Source of the DNA: Eledone cirrhosa
Lineage: Eukaryota
Reading direction: 5' to 3'
DNA: 64,000 bases
Assembly (NCBI GenBank): GCA_964016885.1
Contig: OZ024740.1
Location: forward strand, 357,988,001-358,052,000
Shown: positions 27,250 to 38,619 of the stretch, one piece after another
How positions within the stretch are numbered: position 1 is the stretch's first letter
Layout of the letters: the number at the start of each line of letters is the position of its first letter
The notes under the pieces: generated by a model
The model's input: only the letters and a program-made list of their open reading frames with translations
Databases searched by the model: none
What the model was told of the DNA's origin: nothing
Made by a program: the position numbers and the translations under genes

Positions 27250-27446
27250 ATGCATGTATATGTGTATTTATTTACTGCACTACACCCATCCTTTGGCACC
27301 ACTTTTAAGGGTTTAGTTGATTGTATTGTTTTACGGTATGTATTTCTGTCATTGATTTATCAAATTACTAAGTTATGTGACGTGGTCTTAATCAGTATAA
27401 ACAGAAACACAGAAGCACACACACACACACACACACATGCCTATAT

Positions 27447-27707
27447 ATCATCATCATCATCATCATCACCGTTTTACGTCCGTTCTTCCACGCTAGCATG
27501 GGTTAGACGGGTTATCCTGTTGTGGGCAGTCTGGTCGGCTGACTATGCCTTGCTCATACAGGAACTGATTCTGGCTGGATTTCTACAGCTGGATGCCCTT
27601 CCTAACACCAACCTCATTTACAGTGAGTGCTGGGTGCTTTTTTTCCGTGGCGCCTAAACGTCCACTTTACAGTGTGGGCTGGGTGCTTTTTTGCCGTGGC
27701 ACCTCCA
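27447..27707 (-). mobile_element. RTE family A 3' UTR fragment
   Basis: matches 6140-6380; (CAT)n tail. Confidence 0.88.
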
Positions 27708-27995
27708 ATATATATATATTTATATATATTTTCAAGGATTTACACAAGTCCAGCCTCCTGTTATTTTATTATATATATATGTATATATATATATGTATAT
27801 ATGTATAGATATATGTATGTGCCTCTCTCTCTCTATTTCTCTTGCTCTAATTTGTAAAATTCCTCTTGGAGGCTTTGGATATTAGTAAGTGGAAATATTT
27901 ATATATATATTGTTTGAATGGGTGTGGCCAATTTTTGTTTGTATATATGTTTGTAAACACACACACACAAATATATATATATGTTTATGTATATC

Positions 27996-28561
27996 TATGG
28001 TGGCTGCCAACTCGTTTTCGAGTACGGCCACTACTTTATATCCATGTAGGAGAACCCCTACCGATGCGCTGAACGAGTGTGACATTTTAGTCCAGCCAGC
28101 GACTTGAAAACTCTGGTGCAAACACTACACTTGAAACAATTATTGACACATAGTGCTGGGCCCATGGTACCATGTCACAACAAGTGCAGAGAGATCTCCA
28201 GATATAAAGCAATGCCTGTGCCGTGAAGCTTTTATAGTGAGCAAAGGCACTGCATAAAGCCAGTCCCACTCTCTTAACCAAGATGATATTTACCAAAAAG
28301 AAGAACAAGTCAACATCATTGGATACCATCAGGGTTGCAGGTGTTATATCAGAGTTTTCCTTCTCCTAGAATTCTGCCTTGACAAAGGCTAAGGGGTCAT
28401 CTCTCCTGGTGATTTTGGATGGCCATTGACTCTTAAGAGCTCCTTTGCCCTTTGACAGTTTTGTTTTTAGTCCTGCAGGATGTCCAAAGTCACCCTCCTC
28501 ACCAAGAAATCTTCGTGGGGTTGCCAGTTTAGTCACCAACGACCTGACCATGAGACACGTC

Positions 28562-28565
<4 letters not shown>
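27996..28565 (-). mobile_element. family B non-coding element, longest copy, flanked by TA tracts
   Basis: 27996-28405 is nearly identical to 19180-19590; carries minus-strand ggcagaattctaggagaaggaaaactctga, like RTE 5' UTRs. Confidence 0.75.
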
Positions 28566-28607
<42 letters not shown>

Positions 28608-28656
28608 TGTATATATATATATACATATATGTACTATATATATGTATACATATATG

Positions 28657-28693
<37 letters not shown>

Positions 28694-28767
28694 ATCTGAG
28701 GTTGCTTTTCAGTGCTACTGGTAACATGTACCCCATTACAACCTGTCACATATCACCCACTTAGAAT

Positions 28768-28830
28768 TCTCAGATGCCCATACAAAATCTCAGATGCCCA
28801 TACAAAATCTCAGATGCCCATACAAAATCT
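28768..28830 (+). repeat. 20-bp tandem repeat x3
   Basis: tctcagatgcccatacaaaa repeated. Confidence 0.9.
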
Positions 28831-29574
28831 GTGCCCAGTTTTCTCCCCAGATCAAAAAGCTGAGAAATTTATTTACTTGATTCAATGTTTATGTTCAGAC
28901 AGACTTAGGTAATGACATGTATGCTTGTTCATCTGTCCTGTCAATTAACACATCATTCAAGGTAATAAAATGCATGCCATGAAATGTAATTTTTACATTT
29001 GCAGTGTTTGTTTCATCTGTTTAGACATATCTAAAATATCCTCTTTGCTCACATTTCTCAGTGCTAGGGCCTATACTTGAATTTTAGGGGTATACAATAA
29101 AGGAGATGTCCCAAGGCATTAACAAACCTTTGCATGGCACTGTAGCTATACATAGTCATTGTTAAACTACTGACCAGTTAGAAGATGGACAGATCATATC
29201 AACAGTGTGTGTAGGAGAGGCAGTGAGGAAGGTATCATAGAACATACATGCTTAAATTACCATTCCCAATGTAAATGTATCACAAAGTGATTAACATGAG
29301 ATTATGCTTGTAATTTATAATAGACAATACAGATGGGGTTTGTAAATATTCACCCAGGTGAATAAACACAGGTGTGGCTGAGTAAAGAGGAACAGAAAAG
29401 GAAAAAGAAAGAACCAGATATAATGTTAACTTGGAAATATATATTGGTCCCTATATTTTGGATGCACCATCCATTGTTATGGAGGTCCAAAGGATGAGTA
29501 TACACACACACACACACATGTATATATATATATAAACAGAATATATATATATATATATGTGCACTCATACTCAT

Positions 29575-29790
29575 TAATTGCTACAAGGGAAAAGGTGATT
29601 CTTTAAAAAGGAGCAACTATAGGGGAATAAAATGAACGGAACATGTTATGTAAGTGACAGAAAGAGTTCTAGCAAAACAATTAGAGAAAGGATCAAGTTA
29701 GATGAGATGTGGTTTGATTTTGTGCTAGGGAGGAATACCACAGATGCCCTCTTATTAGTGAGATAACTACAATAACTAAATCAACAAGAA
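29575..29790 (+). pseudogene. degraded RTE RT fragment
   Basis: NCYKGKGDSLKRSNYRGIK. Confidence 0.7.
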
Positions 29791-30133
29791 CATTATTTTA
29801 ATCCCGATAAACATATACCCTAATAATATCCCTGAGTGATTTTACCCAGGTTTTATGTTTTCTCACATTATTCTGTATACATCTTAGTATATGCATAAAT
29901 ATTCCTCTTTCTCCTTTGATCTGGCAGGCATGTAAATTACTATATAGTTAGACTGATGAAGACTAATAAGAATGAAATATGTTCAGGATTGTTCCCATGT
30001 CTATGAAAGACTAGACTATCCATCCCGTAAACTCATTATCTTTTTCCAATTCTAATTAATTGGGACTCAGGGCCTGAACTCATTTAATAAAACGTTTTTC
30101 TTGTTTTCCTTTCCATTGTTTAGTTTAGTTAAA

Positions 30134-30352
30134 TAATGGGTTCTTATATAGGCACAAGGCCAATAATTTTAGGGGAGGGGAAAGTCGATTAAATCGACCC
30201 CAGTGTGTTACTGGTGCTCTATTTTATCGACCCCGTAAGGATGAAAGGCAAAGCCAACCTTAGTGGGATTTGAACTCAGACCATAAAGGGCCATAATTCT
30301 AAGCAGCAAAGCATATTGTCCAATGCTTTACCAATACTGCCAATCCACCACC
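30134..30352 (-). mobile_element. SINE family A copy (long variant)
   Basis: body match, including the gtcgattaaatcgac hairpin segment. Confidence 0.85.
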
Positions 30353-31256
30353 AATAGTTTGGTTCAGTTAAATAAGATTGAACAATGTTTACCTCTCAAC
30401 CAACTTGGGTACAGTTTTAATTAAAGTTATTAATATTGCCACATTAAGTATTACCATTTCCTTCACCATAATAAAGAAGTGCTCCTAGTTCCACTTATAT
30501 CACTACTGCTTGATAGATTGTTTTATAGATCTTGAAAAATAAATTTACATTAATATTATAATCTTTAAATTTCACTGTCATCCTATTAAAAAACTCAGCT
30601 GATATAGTTTCATATGTACATTATTCTATGTACTATACATGCACATTTGATGAGTTGTAGTGCACCTGAGCACTGTGCACAATAATTTTCATTATTTCAT
30701 TATTATTTCATTTCATATAAGAAACATGATTTTATAAGTCAGCAAGTGAGTTTTTATATAGTTATTTGACTTGCCCCAATGGGCATACATTTCCTTTGGT
30801 AAAGTCTATGTTGTCTTTAGAATAGGGAGAATTCACAGCATGTTTTGAGGCTTATAATCTTAGCATAACACACAGACTTATTTATAACAACTGACGACTA
30901 CAAACAACAATTGAATGTTTTATTTGATAGGTTACCTTTCAAATGCTAAATGAGTGCTTAATCCTTTTGTTATGATATTTCAACTAAAAAAACACTGCAT
31001 ATGATTTTAAAATGATTTTGAAAATAATCAACATTTTAATAGGATTTATTCATACAATTAACTTTCTCATTATTCTGCGGGTATTTGGAGTATAATAGAA
31101 GAAGGATTCTTGCATAAAGTTATAATGGAAGGGTTTTATATAAATATAAACACTTTGAAACAACAATTTTGTTTAATAGAATTATGGGTAGTTTCATGTA
31201 TTGAAAATGTTAAACAACAACTATCCTCCTCCTCCTCTCCTAACTACCCCCACCAA

Positions 31257-31304
<48 letters not shown>

Positions 31305-31959
31305 ATACCCCTTCCCCCTGCACATCCTCTACACCAATGAATAAAACAGCAATAGATTGGGCTAATTATAGACCTTCTGTTGTGTAGTCACTTAACTTGC
31401 TAGAAATAGCAGCGAAATTTCCCTCAAATCTCAAACGAATGTGTTAAAAATAGAATAACCATAAAAAGATGTGATGGTAAAAGCTCAAAAGCTTTAGATC
31501 AGAAGTATGTTCAATCACAGCAGGCATGGTGTTATACAGCATCAGCAACAACAACAGCAATACATATTTTTAACCTAGAAAAGTTGACAGCATTTTTGAT
31601 ATGTATATCTCAAACAAATCAGTTTAAATCAAAGCAAATACTAAGAACTTGAGATAAGGATCCAAGTCAAAATTGTTTATTCACAAAATATATTTGCTTC
31701 ATTATTAACTCATTATGTCATAGATTGTTTTAAAAGTCACTCCCTCTCTTTATAATTCCTCACCAAGTCATATTTTCTCTAAAATCTGCTCCCCTCCTAT
31801 CTCTTTATTCTTTATCACTGTACAAGGTTGTTTGTGCAACTGGAGATGGCATTGACTATGTTTGATCTTCTCAACTTTTTGACTCTCTTCACAACACCAA
31901 ACCCTTTGTATAACAAAGAACATCACCTGTCCTTTCTGTATTCAATACCCACTAAGCGA

Positions 31960-32270
31960 TAAAGATCCCCTTCAGTCACAAATGACCATGGGATTTGCAC
32001 CTTGAAAGTTCCTCTCCAAGGCACCAGTCTAGGCAGGTTGTTTGTGGAAGATCAACAGTCACCCATCCATACCAGTCTCCCCTCTCCATGCCACTAATGT
32101 TGTCCAAGGGAAAGGCAATGGCTGATACAGTGACGTTACATCTCATTTCTACAGCTGAGTAACCTGAAGCAACATGAAATAAAGTGTCTTGCTCAAGGAC
32201 ACAAGGCATCACCCAATCTGAGAATTGAACTCACAATCTCCCAATGCTCTAACCATTAAACCATGCACCT
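31960..32270 (-). mobile_element. tRNA-derived CORE-like SINE family C
   Basis: reverse-complement homolog of 55337-55652; gtgtccttgagcaagacacttta. Confidence 0.75.
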
Positions 32271-32633
32271 TCATCTATCTATTTGCCTTTTTTTCACCAA
32301 GACATAGCTATGCATCAGATTTATATCAAATATGTTATCAAGCAATTTTGATTTTAACATTTGGTACTATTTCAGAGGAAGAGTCTCCTCTAAACAGCAA
32401 AAGATAAACAGAATCAACATCATCAACAATCTTGTTCAAGAAGAAGGGATTTTGATTAATTATTTACCAAAGAGACCTGGAGATGGCTATTTTCTGACCC
32501 TTAACAGGGAATGAAATGTGGTAATTAATGTTATATTTGTGGAAAGATTGCAACATTAAGAAAGAATGGGTGAAATAGCTGTTTTGATTCTTGGTGCTGG
32601 AAAAGCACAAGAAATAAATTGTGGATAATTAGT

Positions 32634-32824
32634 TTAACCCTTTAGCATTTAAACCAGCTGTTCAAACAGCTGTAACCAGCCACTCATACTGAGGTATTGT
32701 TCTCGAAATAAATAATATAAAAATCTTGTAGAATTGATGTTATGTGAGATAATTATGTGAGTTAAAGCCTTTACCATGAAAATACAATAGTAAATATAGA
32801 GTAACGTAAATGTTAAAGAGTTAA
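32634..32824. mobile_element. TTAA-flanked piggyBac-like MITE
   Basis: ttaaccctttagca...tgttaaagagttaa; internal similarity to the 23020-23427 element in opposite orientation. Confidence 0.7.
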
Positions 32825-33511
32825 CTAAGTCCCATTTGTCATGATTATGGTTGAAGTATTCTACTGTAAGACATCACACTTCATTGGAAAAATAATCATT
32901 TCTTAGGGAAGGAAGAAGAATGTATTAGTGGCAGTGTCAAACAAACTGTTACTACAGTTTGAAATATGATCGAGCAGATATTTTTTATCTTTAAACTTAT
33001 ATAAGGACAAAAAATGGGAGAGAGAAGGAGAGAAAAAGAAATAGAGAGAAAAGCAATATTGCACAGATACTTTGTTGCATTCAGTAATGAAAGGAAAGAA
33101 AAAAATATTATAATAGTGAAGTATAAAGATGAGGAGGGACAGATAACAAAGGAGAACAAGTGATAGTGATGATGGGTGGAGCAATTGTGTAAGCCATGAG
33201 AAAATATATAAAGACTGCCAACAGATTTTAAAAACTATGAAGGGAGGATGTAAGAACAGAAAAAAGCACATAAACACATACATATTCACATATATATTCT
33301 TTTATACATATTCTATTACTAGCTTCAGTCCTTGAATTGTGACCTTTCTGGAGCAGTGCCTTCAGGGAGTTTTAGTCAATCATAGCCACCCCATTAGTCT
33401 GGTACTTAAGTAATTTTTCTATATTTTACTGGTTGACTAAATTAGCATCTTATCTCAAAACTGGTCTTCTTTTACCCAACAATGTTGTACTAAATACATA
33501 AACACAGGCAA

Positions 33512-33547
<36 letters not shown>

Positions 33548-33822
33548 GTGTGTGTGTTAAGTATTTCCGTAGAAAAGGTAAAGGAAAGAAGAGTACTCTA
33601 TGTATTGTTCAGAGCTATTTAATTATATAATAAACAACACAATATAATTATTCCATTACCAAAGATTTCAAGAAACTTTACAATTCTTACAGAAAAAAAA
33701 CATATATAGTGTTGTATTGTGGTAGAACACCAAGAGATTATATTTGTAATAAGTAGAGCACTAAGTTTGGTATAAAGTTAGTTCTGCAACAAATTTGCAA
33801 ACCATCTTTGTTGTGGAACTAA

Positions 33823-33825
<3 letters not shown>

Positions 33826-33917
<92 letters not shown>
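33826..33917. repeat. (TA)n microsatellite
   Basis: direct reading. Confidence 0.95.
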
Positions 33918-33920
<3 letters not shown>

Positions 33921-34574
33921 GCTTGTTAAATTATGCCCAAATACGAGGATCTTATTTAAACCTTACCTTCTCGCTTACCTAAACTACCCCAACCTTAATT
34001 CTGTCGTATTTTTCAAAACAAAAATCCTTCTTATATATTCTTTTAAAAATATATTTGTTATTTCGAGGACCGTATTTAAACTCTTAATTCCCGCTCCTTA
34101 CTATCTTCTCCCCCTACCCTACATCATGCAGGTTCGCGGTCAGCCCCCCCCCCCCCCCCACTCTACATCATGTCCCCCCCCCATCTCTCTCTCTCTATCT
34201 ATCTATATATATAAGATAAACCCTACAAGTAATCACATTCGCCAAATTCATGGCTGCTTTCACGGTATAATGTAATGTAATGTACACATTTTTCTTCCAT
34301 TTCTCCACTCCATTTCATTCCTTAGTCCACCCATCCGACAATTCTCTAGCATTTTCTCTTCCCCGAATCCAATCTTTGCCTCGCTACTCGTTATTCTATC
34401 GTATTTTCCAAAACAAATCCTGTATTTTTGTCGTATTTTCCAAAATAAATCTTGTATTTTTGTTAATGCTTGTTAAATTATGCCCAAATACGAGGATCTT
34501 ATTTAAACCTTACCTTCTTGTTAACAACTCAACTTCCCTCCCGCCCACCACCATTATTATTACGTGGACCAATC

Positions 34575-37500
34575 ATAAGTAAGAGGCCTATACTATCGCT
34601 TACCTGGTTGCCTTTCGATATGATGGATGGATGGACTACGGAATTCTGGAGAGTTGAAGAGAGAGAGAAATCTGGACGCTCAGCGACAATGCCAAAGATA
34701 AAGATAAAGACAAATTCACCTCGTGGACGAGAATGCGAGCACTCCTCCTCTTTGTTTCAGCCGCGGATGGCTAACATAACCCCATCTCCCCCCGCGCCCC
34801 ACCGGTCCCACCCTCCAAACGCAATCCAAAACTTCAGAGTTGGTACCATGAATGTAGGCACCTTAAAGGGTCGCTCTAACGAGGTTGTAGAAATGCTTGA
34901 ACGTAAGGAGGTCGATGTTTGTTGTATTCAAGAGACCAGGTGGAGGGATGGGTCCGCTAGATTCATTGTGGGTAAAAAACGATGCTATAAGCTTTTCTGG
35001 GTGGGAAATGACAATGGTCTGGGTGGAGTAGGAATCATGGTAGCAGAAAAGTGGGAAGATAAGATAATAGACGTAAATAGAGTGAACGACAGAATAATTA
35101 AAATAAGACTTGTTCTCAATAGAACTACGGTGACAGTAACATCTGCGTACGCACCCCAATCCGGACTGCCCGGCACTATAAAAGACAGATTCTATGAGTC
35201 ACTGATGCTCACTACCTCCCAAATAACCGACAGTGACTATATAATTATTGCAGGCGACCTAAATGGTCACGTTGGACAACATTGTGACGGCTACGACGGA
35301 ATTCATGGAGGCTATGGGTTTGGTACTAGAAATGAGGAAGGCTCCAGAATCCTGGAATTCTGTGACGCAAATAACCTAACTATCTGTAACACTAACTTCA
35401 AAAAACGCGACAATCACCTGATCACCTATAAATCGGGGAACACACAAGCCAGGTAGATTATATCCTTACCAGAAGACGTGACAGAGTGTCTGTTGTAAAC
35501 ACTAAATCCCTCCCCCATGAAGAATGCACCTCCCAACATAAACTGATAATTAGCGACCTAATAGTCAGGACGAGACGTACTAGACAGCATAAGAGGACTA
35601 TCCTCAGGAGAAAAATATGGAAGCTAAAGGACCCCACAGCCAGAAATAAATTTAAAAGCATACTACTTGATGCTTTCGACAGTAAGGAAGAGCAATTAGA
35701 GTTGTACAATATAGAGGAACAGTGGGAATTCCTGAAAGCAAACCTGCTGATGGCGTCAGACGAAGTCTGTGGCTGGAGCAGGCCTGTAGGCAGGAGGAGA
35801 GTAACATGGTGGTGGAGCAGTAAGGTGGAGAGGTAAATTAAGGCCCAAAAGCAGGCTTGGAAAGTATGGCGGGATGGGGGACTATCAAGTGGCCAGGAGG
35901 GAAGCTAGGAGACAAGTGTACTTCGCAAGAAGGGAAGCAGAGGAAAGAAAGTTCAAGCATGTTCTACAACGCGAGGACCAAAAACGTGAGGTATTCAGGA
36001 TTGCTAGGCAATGTGTCAAGGAAAACCGTGATATTGTCGGGGAGAAGTGTGTACTTAATGATGACGGCGTATTTGCCATCACCGACGCTGATAAGAAAGT
36101 AGCTTGGAAGTGTCACTACGAAAGGCTACTAAATGAGGAGAATAAATGGGAGAAAGACAGTCTCCCACACATCGACCCAATAGAGGGACCAGCAGTGTTA
36201 GTCGAGGGTAGTATAATAAGTAAGGCAATCAAAGATATGAAGACGGGTAAGGCGGCTGGGCCTTCGGAAATAGTTGCTGAGATGCTGAAGGCATCTGGAA
36301 CGGTGGGACACACCATGGTCACCCGGATAGTTAACCAAGTCGTACAGAATGGGGTTGTTCCGAAGGACTGGCGTAGCAGCATCATCATTAACTGTTATAA
36401 GGGTAAAGGAGATGCCCTAGATAGGAGTAACTATAGAGGCATTAAATTAATCGACCAGGTCATGAAGGTCACGGAAAAAGTAATAGCGCAACTAATCAGA
36501 GAGAGAATTGATCTAGATGAAATGCAGTTCGGGTTTGTGTCAGGCAAAAGTACCACAGACGCTCTTTTCATTGTACGACAACTACAGGAGAAGTACCTAG
36601 TTAAAAGTAAACCCCTATACTTAGCTTTTGTCGACTTGGAGAAAGCCTTCGACAGAGTCCCCCGTTCCATTATCTGGTGGGCTCTTAGAAAACTAGGTGT
36701 TGACGAATGGCTTGTGAGAGCTATACAAGCCATGTATAAAGAAACAGTCAGCAAGGTTAGAATTAACAACGAATATAGTGAAGAGTTTAGCGTAAAAGTT
36801 GGTGTCCATCAGGGCTCTGTTCTTAGCCCCCTACTATTTATTATTGCCCTTCAGGCTATAACAGAGGAGTTCAAGACCGGCTGCCCATGGGAACTCCTAT
36901 ACGCAGATGACCTAACACTCATAGCTGAATCAATGGCCGAACTAGAGAAGAAATTCCAAACATGGAAGCACGGCCTAGAATCAAAAGGCCTTAAAATTAA
37001 CCTGGCTAAGACTAAAGTTCTAGTTTGTAAGAAAGAAAATAAGGCGGCGGTCCCTTCCGGGAAGTGGCCATGCTCAGTGTGTAGGAAAGGCGTAGGTAGA
37101 AACTCCATTTTATGTCCCAAATGCAAAGTATGGGTGCATAAAAGATGTAGTGGGATCACAGGTAAGCTAACTAAGAACATAGATTTTACACGTGGCCGGT
37201 GCTCTGGTGCAATAAGTAGCAGCAAGTGCCCACAAAATACTAGCTCCTTCAACTGCGCAGAGGGTTCTATAGAAATAGTGGACAGCTTCCGTTACTTGGG
37301 TGACAAAATCAGCAGTGGTGGAGGGTGCTCTGAAAGTACAGTAGCTAGAGTCAGAACTGGTTGGAAAAAGTTCAGAGAGCTTATACCACTATTAGCCACT
37401 AAAGGGTTCTCTCTAAAAATGAAAGGCAGGCTGTATGATGCCTGCATACGAACAGCAATGTTGCATGGCAGTGAGACCTGGGTATTGTGTGCAGAGGATA

Positions 37501-38258
37501 TACGCAGACTAGAGAGGAACGAAGCTTGCATGCTCCGCTGGATGTGTAATAGTAATATACGTGAACGGCAAAGCATAAACGAACTAAGGAGAAAATTAGA
37601 AAAAAGAGGGATCAGATGTTGTTTACTCGAGAGAAGGCTACGTTGGTATAGTCACGTGATGCGCATGAAAGACGATAGCTGTATAACAAAGTGCAGGGCA
37701 ATAAAGATAGACGGTAGCCACGGAGTAGGCAGACCCAGAAAAACCTGTGACGAGCTGATAAATTCCGACCTCCCACACTTACACCTCTCCAAGACAATGT
37801 CACTGGACCGAGACCTATGGCGGTACTCAGTAATAGAGAAGACCCGCCTTACCTAAATACAAAGTAAAACCTACTACAGTCAGTAGGCATCTCTAACAAA
37901 ACACACCCCCGTCCCACCCCACCACCACCCCATCCACACCGCCCTTTCAATGTAAAGTTATGTTGTTGACACAACATCCAGGCCGAAACAAATGAGATCG
38001 TGTAGGTGTCACGACAAAAAAACACACAGTCGACGCTGTAATGTGGCCGTGTAGGCAACACGGTAAAAACCTCCCAGCCCCACACTGTAAATGTGGTTGG
38101 TGTTAGGAAGGGCATCCAGCTGTAGAAAACCCGCCAGACAGTCCTATGCGAGCAATGACAACCACTCTTGCCTCAAGTGGGAAAACTCCCGTCCAAACCC
38201 ATGCAAGCGTGGAACATGGACGTTAAACGATGATGATGATGATGATGATGATGATGAT
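34575..38258 (+). mobile_element. near full-length RTE-clade LINE (APE + RT with Cys/His insert), two frameshifts, (GAT)n tail
   Basis: ORF pieces 34470-35456, 35486-35836 and 35874-37856; GTMNVGTL, CIQETRW, AGDLNGHVG, QGSVLSP, YADD; 5' boundary uncertain. Confidence 0.95.
35874..37856 (+). CDS. RTE reverse transcriptase (660-aa C-terminal open segment of the single ORF)
   Basis: NYRGIKL, QFGF, FVDLEKAFDRV, GVHQGSVLSP, LLYADDL, FRYLG, RRLRWYSHV. Confidence 0.92.
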   Translation: MGDYQVARREARRQVYFARREAEERKFKHVLQREDQKREVFRIARQCVKENRDIVGEKCVLNDDGVFAITDADKKVAWKCHYERLLNEENKWEKDSLPHIDPIEGPAVLVEGSIISKAIKDMKTGKAAGPSEIVAEMLKASGTVGHTMVTRIVNQVVQNGVVPKDWRSSIIINCYKGKGDALDRSNYRGIKLIDQVMKVTEKVIAQLIRERIDLDEMQFGFVSGKSTTDALFIVRQLQEKYLVKSKPLYLAFVDLEKAFDRVPRSIIWWALRKLGVDEWLVRAIQAMYKETVSKVRINNEYSEEFSVKVGVHQGSVLSPLLFIIALQAITEEFKTGCPWELLYADDLTLIAESMAELEKKFQTWKHGLESKGLKINLAKTKVLVCKKENKAAVPSGKWPCSVCRKGVGRNSILCPKCKVWVHKRCSGITGKLTKNIDFTRGRCSGAISSSKCPQNTSSFNCAEGSIEIVDSFRYLGDKISSGGGCSESTVARVRTGWKKFRELIPLLATKGFSLKMKGRLYDACIRTAMLHGSETWVLCAEDIRRLERNEACMLRWMCNSNIRERQSINELRRKLEKRGIRCCLLERRLRWYSHVMRMKDDSCITKCRAIKIDGSHGVGRPRKTCDELINSDLPHLHLSKTMSLDRDLWRYSVIEKTRLT

Positions 38259-38619
38259 ATCTGTTAGACACGCAGTGATTAACAACAGAATGTTTTAAGT
38301 CTGCGTGTCTAACATATATGCGTAGCTTGTGAATAAACATTTCAAGGGGTGTCGCTGGCCGTGGTGATCGTTGCCAAACATGTTTTGTAATGTATCGTCT
38401 TATTGGGTAATTTCATCGTCTTATTGGATAATCAACCAACGAGAGTAATTGTTGTTCAAAAGCATCCGCCATTTTGTTTGCACGTTTATTTATCGTTTCG
38501 CTTTCGAATCTTCCTCCTGTATTTCGTCGTTTATCATCAAAATATTTTTCTCGTTTTGGTAAGTTATATTGTTAATTTATATATGATTTTTAAAATTTAT
38601 ATTAACTATTTTTTGTTCA

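Noticed and set aside
28768-28830. CRISPR-like repeat
   Set aside because: Contiguous tandem repeat without spacers, in eukaryotic DNA
29950-29990. ctgatgaagactaataagaatgaaatatgttcag, hammerhead-like
   Set aside because: Stem II and stem I do not pair convincingly
32375-32520. Plus-strand exon-like segment after tttcag
   Set aside because: Stops before the candidate donor in the frames checked; no recognisable protein
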